In this document: in pieces, positions 10,130 through 19,473 of the stretch | How the letters are laid out: each line of letters begins with the position of its first letter | Position numbering within the stretch: position 1 is the first letter of the stretch | Origin: Candidatus Bathyarchaeota archaeon | GTDB lineage: Archaea; Thermoproteota; Bathyarchaeia; Bathyarchaeales; Bathycorpusculaceae | Direction: 5' to 3' | Assembly: GCA_963833575.1 (NCBI GenBank) | Contig: CAWHXY010000004.1 | Coordinates: 96,001 to 160,000 of the forward strand | DNA length: 64,000 bases | Translations under genes and position numbers: made by a program | Notes under the pieces: generated by a model | Database searches by the model: none | What the model was told of the DNA's origin: nothing | The model's input: only the letters and a program-made list of their open reading frames with translations

Positions 10130-10414
10130 TCAAATTCAATCCGACAATAAACCAAACCCCACACCAAAAAAAAACTCAAAATCAACTGAACAAAATTCAT
10201 CTGCTCATCTACACAACTAAGAATTGTTACTCCAAAATCGATTCTTTTGCAATGTTTGCGTTGAACGCCATTAAACTAGATCAAACTAGATCAAAATAGA
10301 TTAAAAAAGATTAAACTATATTAATAAACACTCAACCTACAAACGATTCAACCCCTAAAACAAAAAACCAGTCCAAAACACAAAGAAAAAAAAATTTCAC
10401 CAAATTGCAAATAT
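10130..10414 (+). repeat. Dispersed non-coding element, locus 1: degenerate copy near 10136-10198 and full copy 10261-10414 with 10-bp array
   Basis: Decamers TTAAACTAGA/TCAAACTAGA/TCAAAATAGA..., then ACACTCAACCTACAAACGATTCA (10328-10350), identical to 37008-37030. Confidence 0.85.
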
Positions 10415-11416
10415 TTATTTCGTTACCTTGCCCACTCTCATATTATCCGCATAATCTTGCTCGGGAATGGCAATAACTATGGATTTGTTAAGAGATTCCC
10501 TGCCAAAGTTAACTTTAACTTTGCTTGATTTTGCGTCAGAGTAAAAAGCAGTTAGTTTTGCCGCTGTTTCTATAGCGCTTTTAGTTTTAGGTCCCTGCAA
10601 AATTGTTACTGGACCAACAACATCGGGCAATTCAAAATAATATTCGTTTTTTGTTTTTCGGGCGACTAAAAGCTTGTTTTCCGCTTCCTCTCTTCCGACA
10701 ACAAACTTGTTTTTGCCCATTCTAAAATGTCGCCCAATTCTTAGCAAAGCAATATCTGCCATAGAAACATGTTTTTTGTGAGCAAAGAGGTCTCTGATTT
10801 TTTTTGCGTATTCTTCATAGGTTAAGAGGCATCCGCCTGCTGGACATGGAAAATCTTTAATGTTGTATTCGTCTGCAAGCTTAAACTGAGGCTTGCGTGA
10901 CCGCCCCTCAATATCCATTAGTTTAGAACGATCAACTAGACCTTTCTTTTCAATTGCCGTTTCAGGCAGCAACTTAGCGGACAGCGGCCTTAAAATCTTA
11001 CCCTTCAACCCGGCTTCCTTTTCAATCAACATCATTGCAGGATAATGCTGGGACATAGGTCGCTCGTCGAGAACTTCTCCTGTAAAAATGAAGTCCGCAC
11101 CTGCTTCCTTGGCGTACTTCTTGGCTCTTTTGAACAAGAAAATTCTGCAGTCAATACATGGATTCATGTTTCTGCCATACCCATGTTTGGGTTTGCGAAG
11201 CATTCGCAAATAATCGTTGCCAGCAGCAACCATTTTCAAGGGCACGTTTAACTGTTTAGCCGCGTCAACTGCGGCGCACCCATCTTTTTTGCAAAGGCAA
11301 AATGGACTTCTAACGTTAAAGGCAGTTACTTCAATGCCTTGCTTTAAAATCATTTCTGTAGCAAGTATACTGTCTAACCCGCCAGAAAGCAAACCAATAG
11401 CCTTAACACGTGTCAT
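10415..11416 (-). CDS. ThiI-like PP-loop tRNA thiolation protein with C-terminal DUF814/NFACT-R-like domain
   Basis: SGGLDS, NPCIDCR, TGEVLDERPMSQ, PAGGCLLT, GRHFR. Confidence 0.85.
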   Translation of the reverse strand: MTRVKAIGLLSGGLDSILATEMILKQGIEVTAFNVRSPFCLCKKDGCAAVDAAKQLNVPLKMVAAGNDYLRMLRKPKHGYGRNMNPCIDCRIFLFKRAKKYAKEAGADFIFTGEVLDERPMSQHYPAMMLIEKEAGLKGKILRPLSAKLLPETAIEKKGLVDRSKLMDIEGRSRKPQFKLADEYNIKDFPCPAGGCLLTYEEYAKKIRDLFAHKKHVSMADIALLRIGRHFRMGKNKFVVGREEAENKLLVARKTKNEYYFELPDVVGPVTILQGPKTKSAIETAAKLTAFYSDAKSSKVKVNFGRESLNKSIVIAIPEQDYADNMRVGKVTK

Positions 11417-11751
11417 AACGCCAATAGCAATCTTTTGGGATAAATAATAATTTTTTGGGATAGTTATCTGCTATTCCATATAATGATTAAAGCAAGCATC
11501 ACAAATATCCTTAAAACCGTGCTTCTGGCGAAACTAGGCGAACAGCTTTTCTAAAAACCTTCCTTCAGCAAGGAGTTTGTTTACTTTTAGTTTAGACTAT
11601 TACACGTGTAATTTTCTAAGAACCAGCTTACGATTAAGAGGAGATGTCACCCGCGTTCCCTTTTTTTCTTTTTGTTTATCATCGGCAAGCAGTACTCCAC
11701 ATGCCTTGTCACCGGACCTCGTCAAGAGCTGTAAGGAGTCGCTAAAGGAAT

Positions 11752-12474
11752 CTACAGCGCGTCTATGGAGATGAATATTGAGTACATAAGATGCTCGATT
11801 ATTTGCTTGTACTTGGAAACAAGCACTGTTTCTTTTTTAATTGAATGTGCCGCTTCATTTCTTAATTTATAAGCCAACAACATATTTCTCATTTCAGGAT
11901 TAACATTTGCCGGCGTTCCCCGAGGATTGTTAAGCGTCATAGTCATTGCCACTGGAGAAAGTATTAGACCCTGAACGAATCCAGCTATGTCAGAAGGAAG
12001 AACAGGGTTAACAGTCCCGATTAGTTGTTTTATGTTTTGTTTCTGAGTTAGGGTGAGAGCAGGTATCCAGCCCTTATCTTCAAAAAGGAGAAGCACTCCT
12101 TCGCTTATGTACATTTTACTGCTGCCAGAATATGCCTTGAGTCTCCGTTTGTACTTGTGTTCAAGAATTTTGTCCACTACCAGACACAGATTAAAAATGT
12201 TGTGAAGGTTCTTAATCTTGTAGAAATCGTTATTGGGCAACGTTGGCAACTGTTCCGTATACTTTTTGATTAGCTCCAATGTGAAAACAAATATGTAAGC
12301 CACACTTTCTAGGTCTCCACCATGCTGCAAAAATTTTGAATCTATGTCTGCAATGGAAAAATCAGGGTTTATCAGTTTTTGATATCCTTTAATGTATCCC
12401 TCAAGAAGACTCCGCAATTGGTGCACGGTTTCATACAAATAATTCCCATTGTTGTCAACTAAGGTAACGTACAT
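11752..12474 (-). CDS. Protein with HEPN-like RxxxxH motif, probably 5'-truncated
   Basis: LAYKLRNEAAH near the C-terminus; back-to-back with a truncated GT2 gene, no room for a promoter. Confidence 0.5.
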   Translation of the reverse strand: MYVTLVDNNGNYLYETVHQLRSLLEGYIKGYQKLINPDFSIADIDSKFLQHGGDLESVAYIFVFTLELIKKYTEQLPTLPNNDFYKIKNLHNIFNLCLVVDKILEHKYKRRLKAYSGSSKMYISEGVLLLFEDKGWIPALTLTQKQNIKQLIGTVNPVLPSDIAGFVQGLILSPVAMTMTLNNPRGTPANVNPEMRNMLLAYKLRNEAAHSIKKETVLVSKYKQIIEHLMYSIFISIDAL

Positions 12475-13078
12475 ATATGCAGGTGATTGTTTGAACCTGT
12501 TTTTTCCAAAAATAGGAGCACATGATTTTTGTTTAAGGATAGTTGATAAATGTGGTTCTTGGTTTGCTTCGGTTCCTGATGCAGAGCTTGAGCATCCTTG
12601 GTGGTCCCAAGGGCAACTGCAATATCGACGGTTTGCGAGATGGGTTTATGGTGATTCTCCTCTGCCTAAGCTTCATCCTAAGTACAGATACAGGAATGCT
12701 CCAAATTTTTTGGAGACAACACTGCTTCTTTTGCCATTTGTGATTTTAGCATTTTTTTTCTTTAAGGCTTCAATCCAGTGGTTTTTGATTTGGGTTGCTA
12801 TTGCAATTCCGCTTGAACTTTTAATGGATGGATTGAGGATGAAGGTTACAAGAAAAAAACAAGCTGCAATTGTTTCGGTTCAAGCTACATTAATCCGTCT
12901 ATCTAATGACCTTGGAAGACTCGCTGGTCACTTCAAGAATTTACACATGTTGGGAATAACTGAACGTTTTGATTATTTCATGACAGGTGAACATATTCGA
13001 TATGAGCAGAAAATAGGATTGGCAAAATTCTTTGTGTACTTAACCTTAGCCCTTGTATTGTTCATTGTTTTCAAATAG
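12449..13078 (+). pseudogene. C-terminal fragment of a GT2 glycosyltransferase
   Basis: DFCLR...HPWW...RRFARWVYGD (RxxRW) plus TM helices; N-terminal catalytic region missing. Confidence 0.6.
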
Positions 13079-13378
13079 AGATTAAGCTTACTGACCAAGT
13101 TTAAGTCACATTTAATTTCTTTGTTTAGCAAAAAAACTCTAAAGTTACTTGCAGGAAGCCGTGCTATCTTGAAAACCCAACATGATTTTAAATGTCACTT
13201 CAACTGAAGGCAGTTGACTTTCCTTGTTAAATAGTAAGAACAATTCTCAAGTTAGGTCTCACAGTTAAATTCATGAACTAATTCCCAAAAGCCTTGAAGA
13301 ACATGCCTTGCTCTTACAAAAAGGAAAAAAAACAAAACATTACACTTCTTAGAGTCGGACGGGGTCTGAATCACTAAC

Positions 13379-13414
13379 AAGTCTTAAATCTGCATAGCGT
13401 AGAAATAGAACTGA
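13379..13414 (+). promoter_or_regulatory. Duplicated promoter cassette, copy 1
   Basis: AAGTCTTAAATCTG-N14-AGAACTGA, same as 13745-13780. Confidence 0.65.
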
Positions 13415-13415
13415 G

Positions 13416-13709
13416 ATGATTAAAATGTCAATAAGTAATGACGAATGGAAAGCTGGCGTAACCACCGTAACAATTGAAGAACGGATACTTACATTTTTGA
13501 AACAAAATGACAAAGCGTTCACCTTTTTGGGAATAATGAAGGGTATAGGATATAACACAAACGTAAGAGACATTGAAACACTTTTTCACGGTGTAATTGA
13601 CGGATTTATTGTTATAAATGCCTTGGACAAGCTGATAAAAGAAGGGAAGGTTACATCCAGAGTAATACAACAACCTGACGGACAAGAAACATACTATAAA
13701 GCGTTTTAA
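13416..13709 (+). CDS. Small winged-helix-like protein
   Basis: RILTFLKQNDKAFT...ALDKLIKEGKVTSR...YY. Confidence 0.65.
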   Translation: MIKMSISNDEWKAGVTTVTIEERILTFLKQNDKAFTFLGIMKGIGYNTNVRDIETLFHGVIDGFIVINALDKLIKEGKVTSRVIQQPDGQETYYKAF

Positions 13710-13744
13710 GATAGCTTCTATTTAGCCAAATTTTCATTGGTGAT

Positions 13745-13780
13745 AAGTCTTAAATCTGGAACGCAAAGACAGAGAACTGA
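13745..13780 (+). promoter_or_regulatory. Duplicated promoter cassette, copy 2
   Basis: AAGTCTTAAATCTG-N14-AGAACTGA just before ATG 13787. Confidence 0.65.
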
Positions 13781-13786
13781 CTGATT

Positions 13787-13981
13787 ATGAAATGTCCTGC
13801 ATGCCTTCAAATACTTAAACGAATAGAGGGTGTATGCGGCGAGTACATCTGCATTAATCCTCAATGCATTGAAAACAAGAAAACAGGCGTGCAGGAATAC
13901 GCAGAGTTTTACGGACTTACCCAAGCAGAAATAAACGCAAACTATCGCATAGCACTTGCCAAAAATAGGAAGGAGAAATAG
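13787..13981 (+). CDS. Small Zn-ribbon protein
   Basis: MKCPAC...CINPQC. Confidence 0.7.
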   Translation: MKCPACLQILKRIEGVCGEYICINPQCIENKKTGVQEYAEFYGLTQAEINANYRIALAKNRKEK

Positions 13982-14031
13982 CCAAACCAAAATAAGTTAA
14001 ATAAAATATTAAAAAGGAGAATAAATAACCT

Positions 14032-14175
14032 GTGAAAAACTTGAATAACGTTTTAGATCCAAAGTGTTCTTATTGCGGTAGCACTCACCTTGAAAAAGAT
14101 GAAGATGTCGTTAAATGTCTTGATTGTGGCATGGGGGAGTATAAGAAAGGCAGGCACAATAAGAATTGTAAATAA
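14032..14175 (+). CDS. 47-aa Zn-ribbon protein (not in ORF track)
   Basis: GTG start after AAGGAG; KCSYCGS...KCLDCG. Confidence 0.6.
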   Translation: MKNLNNVLDPKCSYCGSTHLEKDEDVVKCLDCGMGEYKKGRHNKNCK

Positions 14176-14252
14176 TTGTTTCATTGAGTATAGTGATGTG
14201 GATATGGCTGTTCATAAGTTCCTTGAATGTAAAAATTGTTGGTTAGAGTGAT

Positions 14253-14441
14253 ATGGAAAACTTTGAGAGATTAAGCAGCAAAGTTCTTGTTAGAACCTGC
14301 CACTGTGGCATCGTATTCGAAACGTATGATCCAAAAAAAGTGTACCATGCAAACAGTTGTAGGGCAAATTATGTTAGGAAAAATATGGACAAAGAAAGAG
14401 AGCTAATTCAAAAGAAGTTTGATGAGAAAGTTAGAGAATAG
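14253..14441 (+). CDS. Small Zn-finger protein
   Basis: RTCHCG...F...KVYHANSCR. Confidence 0.65.
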   Translation: MENFERLSSKVLVRTCHCGIVFETYDPKKVYHANSCRANYVRKNMDKERELIQKKFDEKVRE

Positions 14442-14569
14442 CCCAAATATGGAAAAGGTAGAGAAAGCACGTTGCCTTGGTTCTGCAACGGGATTTTCAA
14501 TCGGACAAGAGAAAGACCAAAACATGACGCGCCTTAATGTTTACCTAGCGCGTATTAAGCAAAGTATAC

Positions 14570-14857
14570 CTACTCTTTGGTAAGCATTATTTCAATTGTT
14601 GAAACCATACGTGCTCTGGTTTCGCCCTCTCTTGGAGGCATCTCCTCGGGTCCTATCACGATTTTCTTTACTTTCAAGTCTTTTAGGAAGCGATTTCTCG
14701 TTATTTCAGCCGCGTCAACAGCAGTAGTTATTGCTTGTCCTCTCGCCTTCAAGGTTATATCTTTAGTATCGCTCGCAGACAGACCTGTAATAATCGCTAG
14801 AACATAGTCCATAGGCATTTTCTTGCCAACGAAAATAATCTTAGAATTTTCCGACAT
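14570..14857 (-). CDS. albA: DNA/RNA-binding protein Alba
   Basis: IFVGKKMPMDYVLA, LKARGQAITTAVD, VSTIEI. Confidence 0.95.
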   Translation of the reverse strand: MSENSKIIFVGKKMPMDYVLAIITGLSASDTKDITLKARGQAITTAVDAAEITRNRFLKDLKVKKIVIGPEEMPPREGETRARMVSTIEIMLTKE

Positions 14858-15655
14858 TTACCATCACCATTTAATCAAAACGTTACTGTCCTATACTACA
14901 TAGACTTTCTTATAAAGCGTTAAACAACAGAGCAGCACTTGCAATAACAAACATTTTCAACAGTTCTTCAACAGTTCTTTTTTCAACAGCCCTTATGCAT
15001 TATATCCTTTACGAGAGCTACAAAAGCAGCACTATAAAAACTGAGGGTTACGGTTAAGCAAACATAAACCTCGTAAGAATGCTCCAAAAATAGTCTCATG
15101 GAAAGAAAACCTAACTCAGTCCAGGTTCCAACAACCTCAAGTTGAGAAGGTTTGGTAATTCTTTTAACTTAGCTAAGTTTTGATAGTCAATCAATTATGG
15201 AATCATAGTGTTTTCTTCTTTCTTCATTCAAACCATTTCTTTCTAGTCGATAGTTACCTTGCTCAAGATGAAGTTAAATCCCGAATCTTGGCTCGAATAT
15301 TGAACCATTTTTTTCTGCTCTTACCCATTTTGGGATTTTCTTCTTGACTTACTTTTCTACATGGTTAAAATCCAGTTAGAAGCCTTCCGTTAAATTGTTC
15401 AGTGATTCTTTGATGGTTCTCAATTCTTCACTAATTATCTTCTGGAAACTCCGAGTTAGTTGCTTGAAACATATAGTCTCATATAATGAAATAGCAAAAC
15501 AAAGTCTTTTCCAGTCTAAATTTCAAGGAAAAGAAAAAGTAGCAGTTTCCGAAACGATTTCTAATGATCCAATCTGACGGTTTTAAATATAGTCTCCAAT
15601 GGTTCACTATGTTTTAGTCCACATAAATTTACTACGAAAATTACCTGCTTTTAGC

Positions 15656-15692
15656 GTTCCAAGTTAGGAACAGCATGTTCCAAGAATAGAAC
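15656..15692. promoter_or_regulatory. Double 16-bp palindromic operator
   Basis: GTTCCAAGTTAGGAAC-N5-GTTCCAAGAATAGAAC; same architecture at 60138-60174. Confidence 0.75.
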
Positions 15693-15736
15693 TAAAAGTG
15701 ATTTATCGTTTTCATACTGATTAGGTAGAGTTAACT

Positions 15737-16462
15737 ATGTTTCAATCTTCAACCAAGCGTAGAACTATCGTTATTGCTTCCATAGTGATAGTAGTGCTTG
15801 TAATTTCTTTGGCTGCTTCATTGATTGCTTTTTATCATCAACCATCAACAGTTAAACAATCACCTTCAAAACTTGAAGTTACTGTATCACTAAATCAACC
15901 AAGCGTGATTCAAGGAAGCAATCTGCAGGGAGAAGTTAATGTAACTACAATAGGAAATGCTGAAAATGTTACTTTAAGCAGTGATGTAGGTTCAAGCGGC
16001 ATAAACTGTACATTTGAACCTTCTTGGGGCACATCCAATTTTACAAGTACTCTATTTATGAGTATGCCTGATTCTACCCCAACTGGTAACTACACAATTA
16101 CTGTAACTGCATTAGGTGTTGGGCAGGAAGAGAATGCCTCTTGTGTTTTTTCGGTTTTAAGTGCCAATGTTACTGTTTCTGGTAGGGCATCTGTAAATAA
16201 AATGGGAAGTATTGTTCGCCAAATAAAATTCGTAGATGAGACGACCAATGCTACAAACACTTTTAGTTTTCCAACAAATCCAGCAGCCTATAACAATAAC
16301 GTCTATTCTGTCAACTTGGAAAATGAACACACATATTATGTAACAATAGATTATTTTTGGGGCAACGGAGAAATCGAATTTCCTGCAACATACTACGCTG
16401 GCGACTTCCACGTTTACGCACTAGCAGGTAACAACACCATCACCCTTAATGTTGGAAACTAA
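15737..16462 (+). CDS. Membrane-anchored extracellular protein with Ig-like domains
   Basis: N-terminal TM; TPTGNYTITVTA beta-sandwich pattern. Confidence 0.75.
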   Translation: MFQSSTKRRTIVIASIVIVVLVISLAASLIAFYHQPSTVKQSPSKLEVTVSLNQPSVIQGSNLQGEVNVTTIGNAENVTLSSDVGSSGINCTFEPSWGTSNFTSTLFMSMPDSTPTGNYTITVTALGVGQEENASCVFSVLSANVTVSGRASVNKMGSIVRQIKFVDETTNATNTFSFPTNPAAYNNNVYSVNLENEHTYYVTIDYFWGNGEIEFPATYYAGDFHVYALAGNNTITLNVGN

Positions 16463-16558
16463 AATCCGAGAAGTAAAAGGGGTGTGCACTAAAATTTAAT
16501 TTGAACCACACCTAAAACTTTTTGAAGGCTAAAGTTGTTTATTATACAAGGATAAATC

Positions 16559-16726
16559 TTGATAGACAAAGCTAAAATTAAAGATGAAATGTGCACGTGT
16601 GGGCATCTTAAAAGTGAACATTCATATTTTTTAGATAGATTATGTACCAAACCTAAATGTGAATGTTACAAGTTCGTTTTGAAGGAAGAAAAACAAGAGC
16701 TTAATTTTTTAGATTCTACGTGCTAA
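16559..16726 (+). CDS. 55-aa Cys/His-rich Zn-binding protein (not in ORF track)
   Basis: TTG start; CTCGHLKSEH...LCTKPKCECYKF. Confidence 0.6.
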   Translation: MIDKAKIKDEMCTCGHLKSEHSYFLDRLCTKPKCECYKFVLKEEKQELNFLDSTC

Positions 16727-16785
16727 ACCATGAAGATAGATAAACTAATAATCGCTTTGAATGATACTGCTAGGAGGTCCAATAA

Positions 16786-17142
16786 ATGGTAAAAATCAAC
16801 CTATTGACCTATTTAACTTTCAATTTGAACATGCTCGTTGACAAAGGAAAAGATATGCCGATAAAAGAGACTAGACAGTTATGCGAAAAAAGAACAATAC
16901 TTCAAGAGTTGCAAGAGCGATTTCCGTTTGCAGAAACACACCTCGACTTATCATTACTAAAGTTGCAGCCAGATGCCGAAGAAGAAATTGAAAACATTTT
17001 CTATAGTATGGCAATTTCATTAAAAGACAGCGAAATGTGCGTGACAAACAATGGTTTATGCCTGTTAATTGCATACTGTCAAGAACAGATTCAAAAAGAA
17101 GCAAGGAAACTCGAAGAGAAAAGAGACGACGAAAAAGTTTGA
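16786..17142 (+). CDS. Hypothetical protein
   Basis: 118-aa ORF with AGGAGGT RBS. Confidence 0.65.
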   Translation: MVKINLLTYLTFNLNMLVDKGKDMPIKETRQLCEKRTILQELQERFPFAETHLDLSLLKLQPDAEEEIENIFYSMAISLKDSEMCVTNNGLCLLIAYCQEQIQKEARKLEEKRDDEKV

Positions 17143-18027
17143 TTTCCCACATCTTTTTCGTCTATAAGGCATATCCTATGGAGATACTAAAATGAACCAA
17201 AAATGCCCCAGAAGAGTATACTCGATTCCGACTATACATATACCCTTTGATTATTTTCCTATATGCATGCTGAACCGTGTCTATTGCGTAGCCTTATTTT
17301 ATGTGTCCCTGTCCTTCGTTGAAGAGTTGGTTGGTTGGTTGGATTAAATTTTAGTCTGACAAAGAACTAAAACTTCTTCAGAATAGGTTACTCAGGGATT
17401 CAAAACGAGTATCTTCTGATATATTTCCAGCAGACTTATAACAAATTCCTAAGATGAGAATTATTTATGAGATGCAAAAACTGTACCCACCTAATCTTAG
17501 TTGTCAGCGCGGTTGATGACAAAGATACTGTTTACAAACATAAACAATCCAACCACAGTATTTACTGTCCATGCAGGAAACCTGAACCAACTTAGGGTTG
17601 TTTTCTTTTTGAAAATTCGAGTTAGTAATCAGGAAACAAGAGGTTTGATGTAAGTAAATACAATCTTCCGTCATTGATTTGGCAAATAGATGTATTCAAA
17701 AATGGGACGATTTTATTAAAAACTATCTAACATAGACCAAAGTCTAATTTCGTTTTTGACATGCCTTATTATTTTGATGGAGCGACAACTAACTAAGTTA
17801 GAATAGTTTAAGGGATAATCATCACAGCAATTCCTAACATTCGTAGCTATCTTGGAAAAAAGGATAACAACCCCCCATATAATTATCCGCTATTTTATTA
17901 CTATAATTTTAAATAACTGACACAAACGAGAAATGCTCTAAAGTCTTGGCAGTTCAAAATTACACATTTCGGGCACTCAATGTAAGACAAATTAAGAACA
18001 AAGTACTATAGAATTTAGGTGAATGTT

Positions 18028-18189
18028 TTGCGTAAACAACAAAGACCAGAAGGAAATACAACCTCCCCAAACAGGAGCAGTATAGCAAGAAAAGCAAATG
18101 CCGCCAATAGTTCGAGACAGAAGCAAGCCAACGCCAACCGTTCGAGACAGACCCAAGCTGACAATTCAAAGAAGAAAAACAGTACTTAA
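18028..18189 (+). CDS. 53-aa basic, N/Q/S/R-rich disordered protein with a 10-aa tandem repeat (not in ORF track)
   Basis: AGGTGA RBS, TTG start; in-frame 30-bp repeat ANSSRQKQAN/ANRSRQTQAD. Confidence 0.6.
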   Translation: MRKQQRPEGNTTSPNRSSIARKANAANSSRQKQANANRSRQTQADNSKKKNST

Positions 18190-18363
18190 TCAAAATACTA
18201 AAAATCAATGGGCAGCATAATTATCGCAGGAAATCATAACATAATTCTTAATTATTTGTTAATTTATGAGGGACAAGTTTTCTATTATTTTTTACCCTAA
18301 TAACATTATTTTATGATTGACAGGGGTAAGTTTTATTATGTTTCTTACTCCTCATGCCAATAC

Positions 18364-18579
18364 CTAAATAGCGCGCGCTGAGGGGTAATTTTTTGCTTCC
18401 GCTATTTTGGCTATTGCAGCGTTCTTCTTGACAGATTCAATTCCGCCTGCACAGTCCTCTTTTGAGTTATATCCTTCACTTACTGCGATTATTTCTCCGT
18501 TGACTGCTTTCAATCTGAAGCGATACTTTCCAGCTTTGTCTTTACACCACTCAAAAACTGGGTCCGGCGCAAATATCAC
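18364..18579 (-). CDS. YegP/DUF1508-family protein
   Basis: FEWCKDKAGKYRFRLKAVNGEIIAVSEGYNSK. Confidence 0.9.
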   Translation of the reverse strand: MIFAPDPVFEWCKDKAGKYRFRLKAVNGEIIAVSEGYNSKEDCAGGIESVKKNAAIAKIAEAKNYPSARAI

Positions 18580-18706
18580 CTACTTCTAATATTTGTTGCG
18601 TCAACGTATAAAATTTAATCCTCATTTTGGAGAAAGTTTGGTCTATATTCAAAATTAAAAGCTTATAAACGCATTGATGAGATACTCATAAACAGGGGAA
18701 ATTTTC

Positions 18707-19087
18707 TTGGATAAAGATGATGAAATTTTAGCAGAATTGAAGAAAATTAGAGAAGCTTTAGAAAAGGCTCCACCGCCAGTGCCGCCAAAAGGCTTATGGA
18801 ACGAATTCAAAGACTTTCTATCGTCGTACAAAGTTCTTGGCTTAGCTGTTGCTTTCGTTTTAGGTTTGTATCTTGGTGCTGTGGTTAAGGCGGTTGTCGC
18901 AGACTTCATTATTCCGCTCTTAGGCTTAGCTATACCAGGCATGTCAAACTTGGCTACATATGCAGTTTCAGTTACGAAGCAGTCGTTTGGCATCGGCGAC
19001 TTTTTAGTGGCGCTAATTACATTCATCTTTGTGGCACTTATCGTGTTCCTCATAGTGAAGGTAGCCAAAAGATGGAATATAGGCTAA
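18707..19087 (+). CDS. mscL: Large-conductance mechanosensitive channel family protein
   Basis: EFKDFL...VLGLAVAFVLG...VVADFIIPLL...IGDFLVALITF. Confidence 0.9.
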   Translation: MDKDDEILAELKKIREALEKAPPPVPPKGLWNEFKDFLSSYKVLGLAVAFVLGLYLGAVVKAVVADFIIPLLGLAIPGMSNLATYAVSVTKQSFGIGDFLVALITFIFVALIVFLIVKVAKRWNIG

Positions 19088-19473
19088 ACTATAATCTTCT
19101 CTTTTCTTTTTTTTAGATTAGCTTGACGCAATAGAGAAAGGTTAAAACCACATTTTACGCGGTTTCACCCGTTTAGTATCTAGGAGCCCAAGCATCATGT
19201 TGGAGCAAAATAAAGTGGCGTGCGGTGTAATCTTTAATCGCAACGACTGGAAATATCCAACAAGTAGTCATAGGGTTTGCTTTAAATGCGGAGATAAAAG
19301 TGATAACTTAAACACCTATAAGAAGGGCGCAATAGGGCTTTGGCATGGTTGAAGCGGGCCCAGAATGTAAAATGACAAATATTGTTAGAGTTGGAGAGTC
19401 AACGGTTAAAACCGCGAAAATTCACAGCTAGCGAAAATTAGGAGAGTATGCTTTAGCTCTCCGTTTTAACAGG

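Noticed and set aside
15180-15580. Possible coding remnants, including ORF 15395-15577
   Set aside because: Fragmented frames with no recognisable family
17327-17342. (TTGG)4 microsatellite
   Set aside because: Short, in decayed intergenic DNA, with no linked feature
17960-18208. 82-aa minus-strand ORF in the track
   Set aside because: Antisense shadow of the better supported plus-strand ORF 18028-18189, which has an RBS
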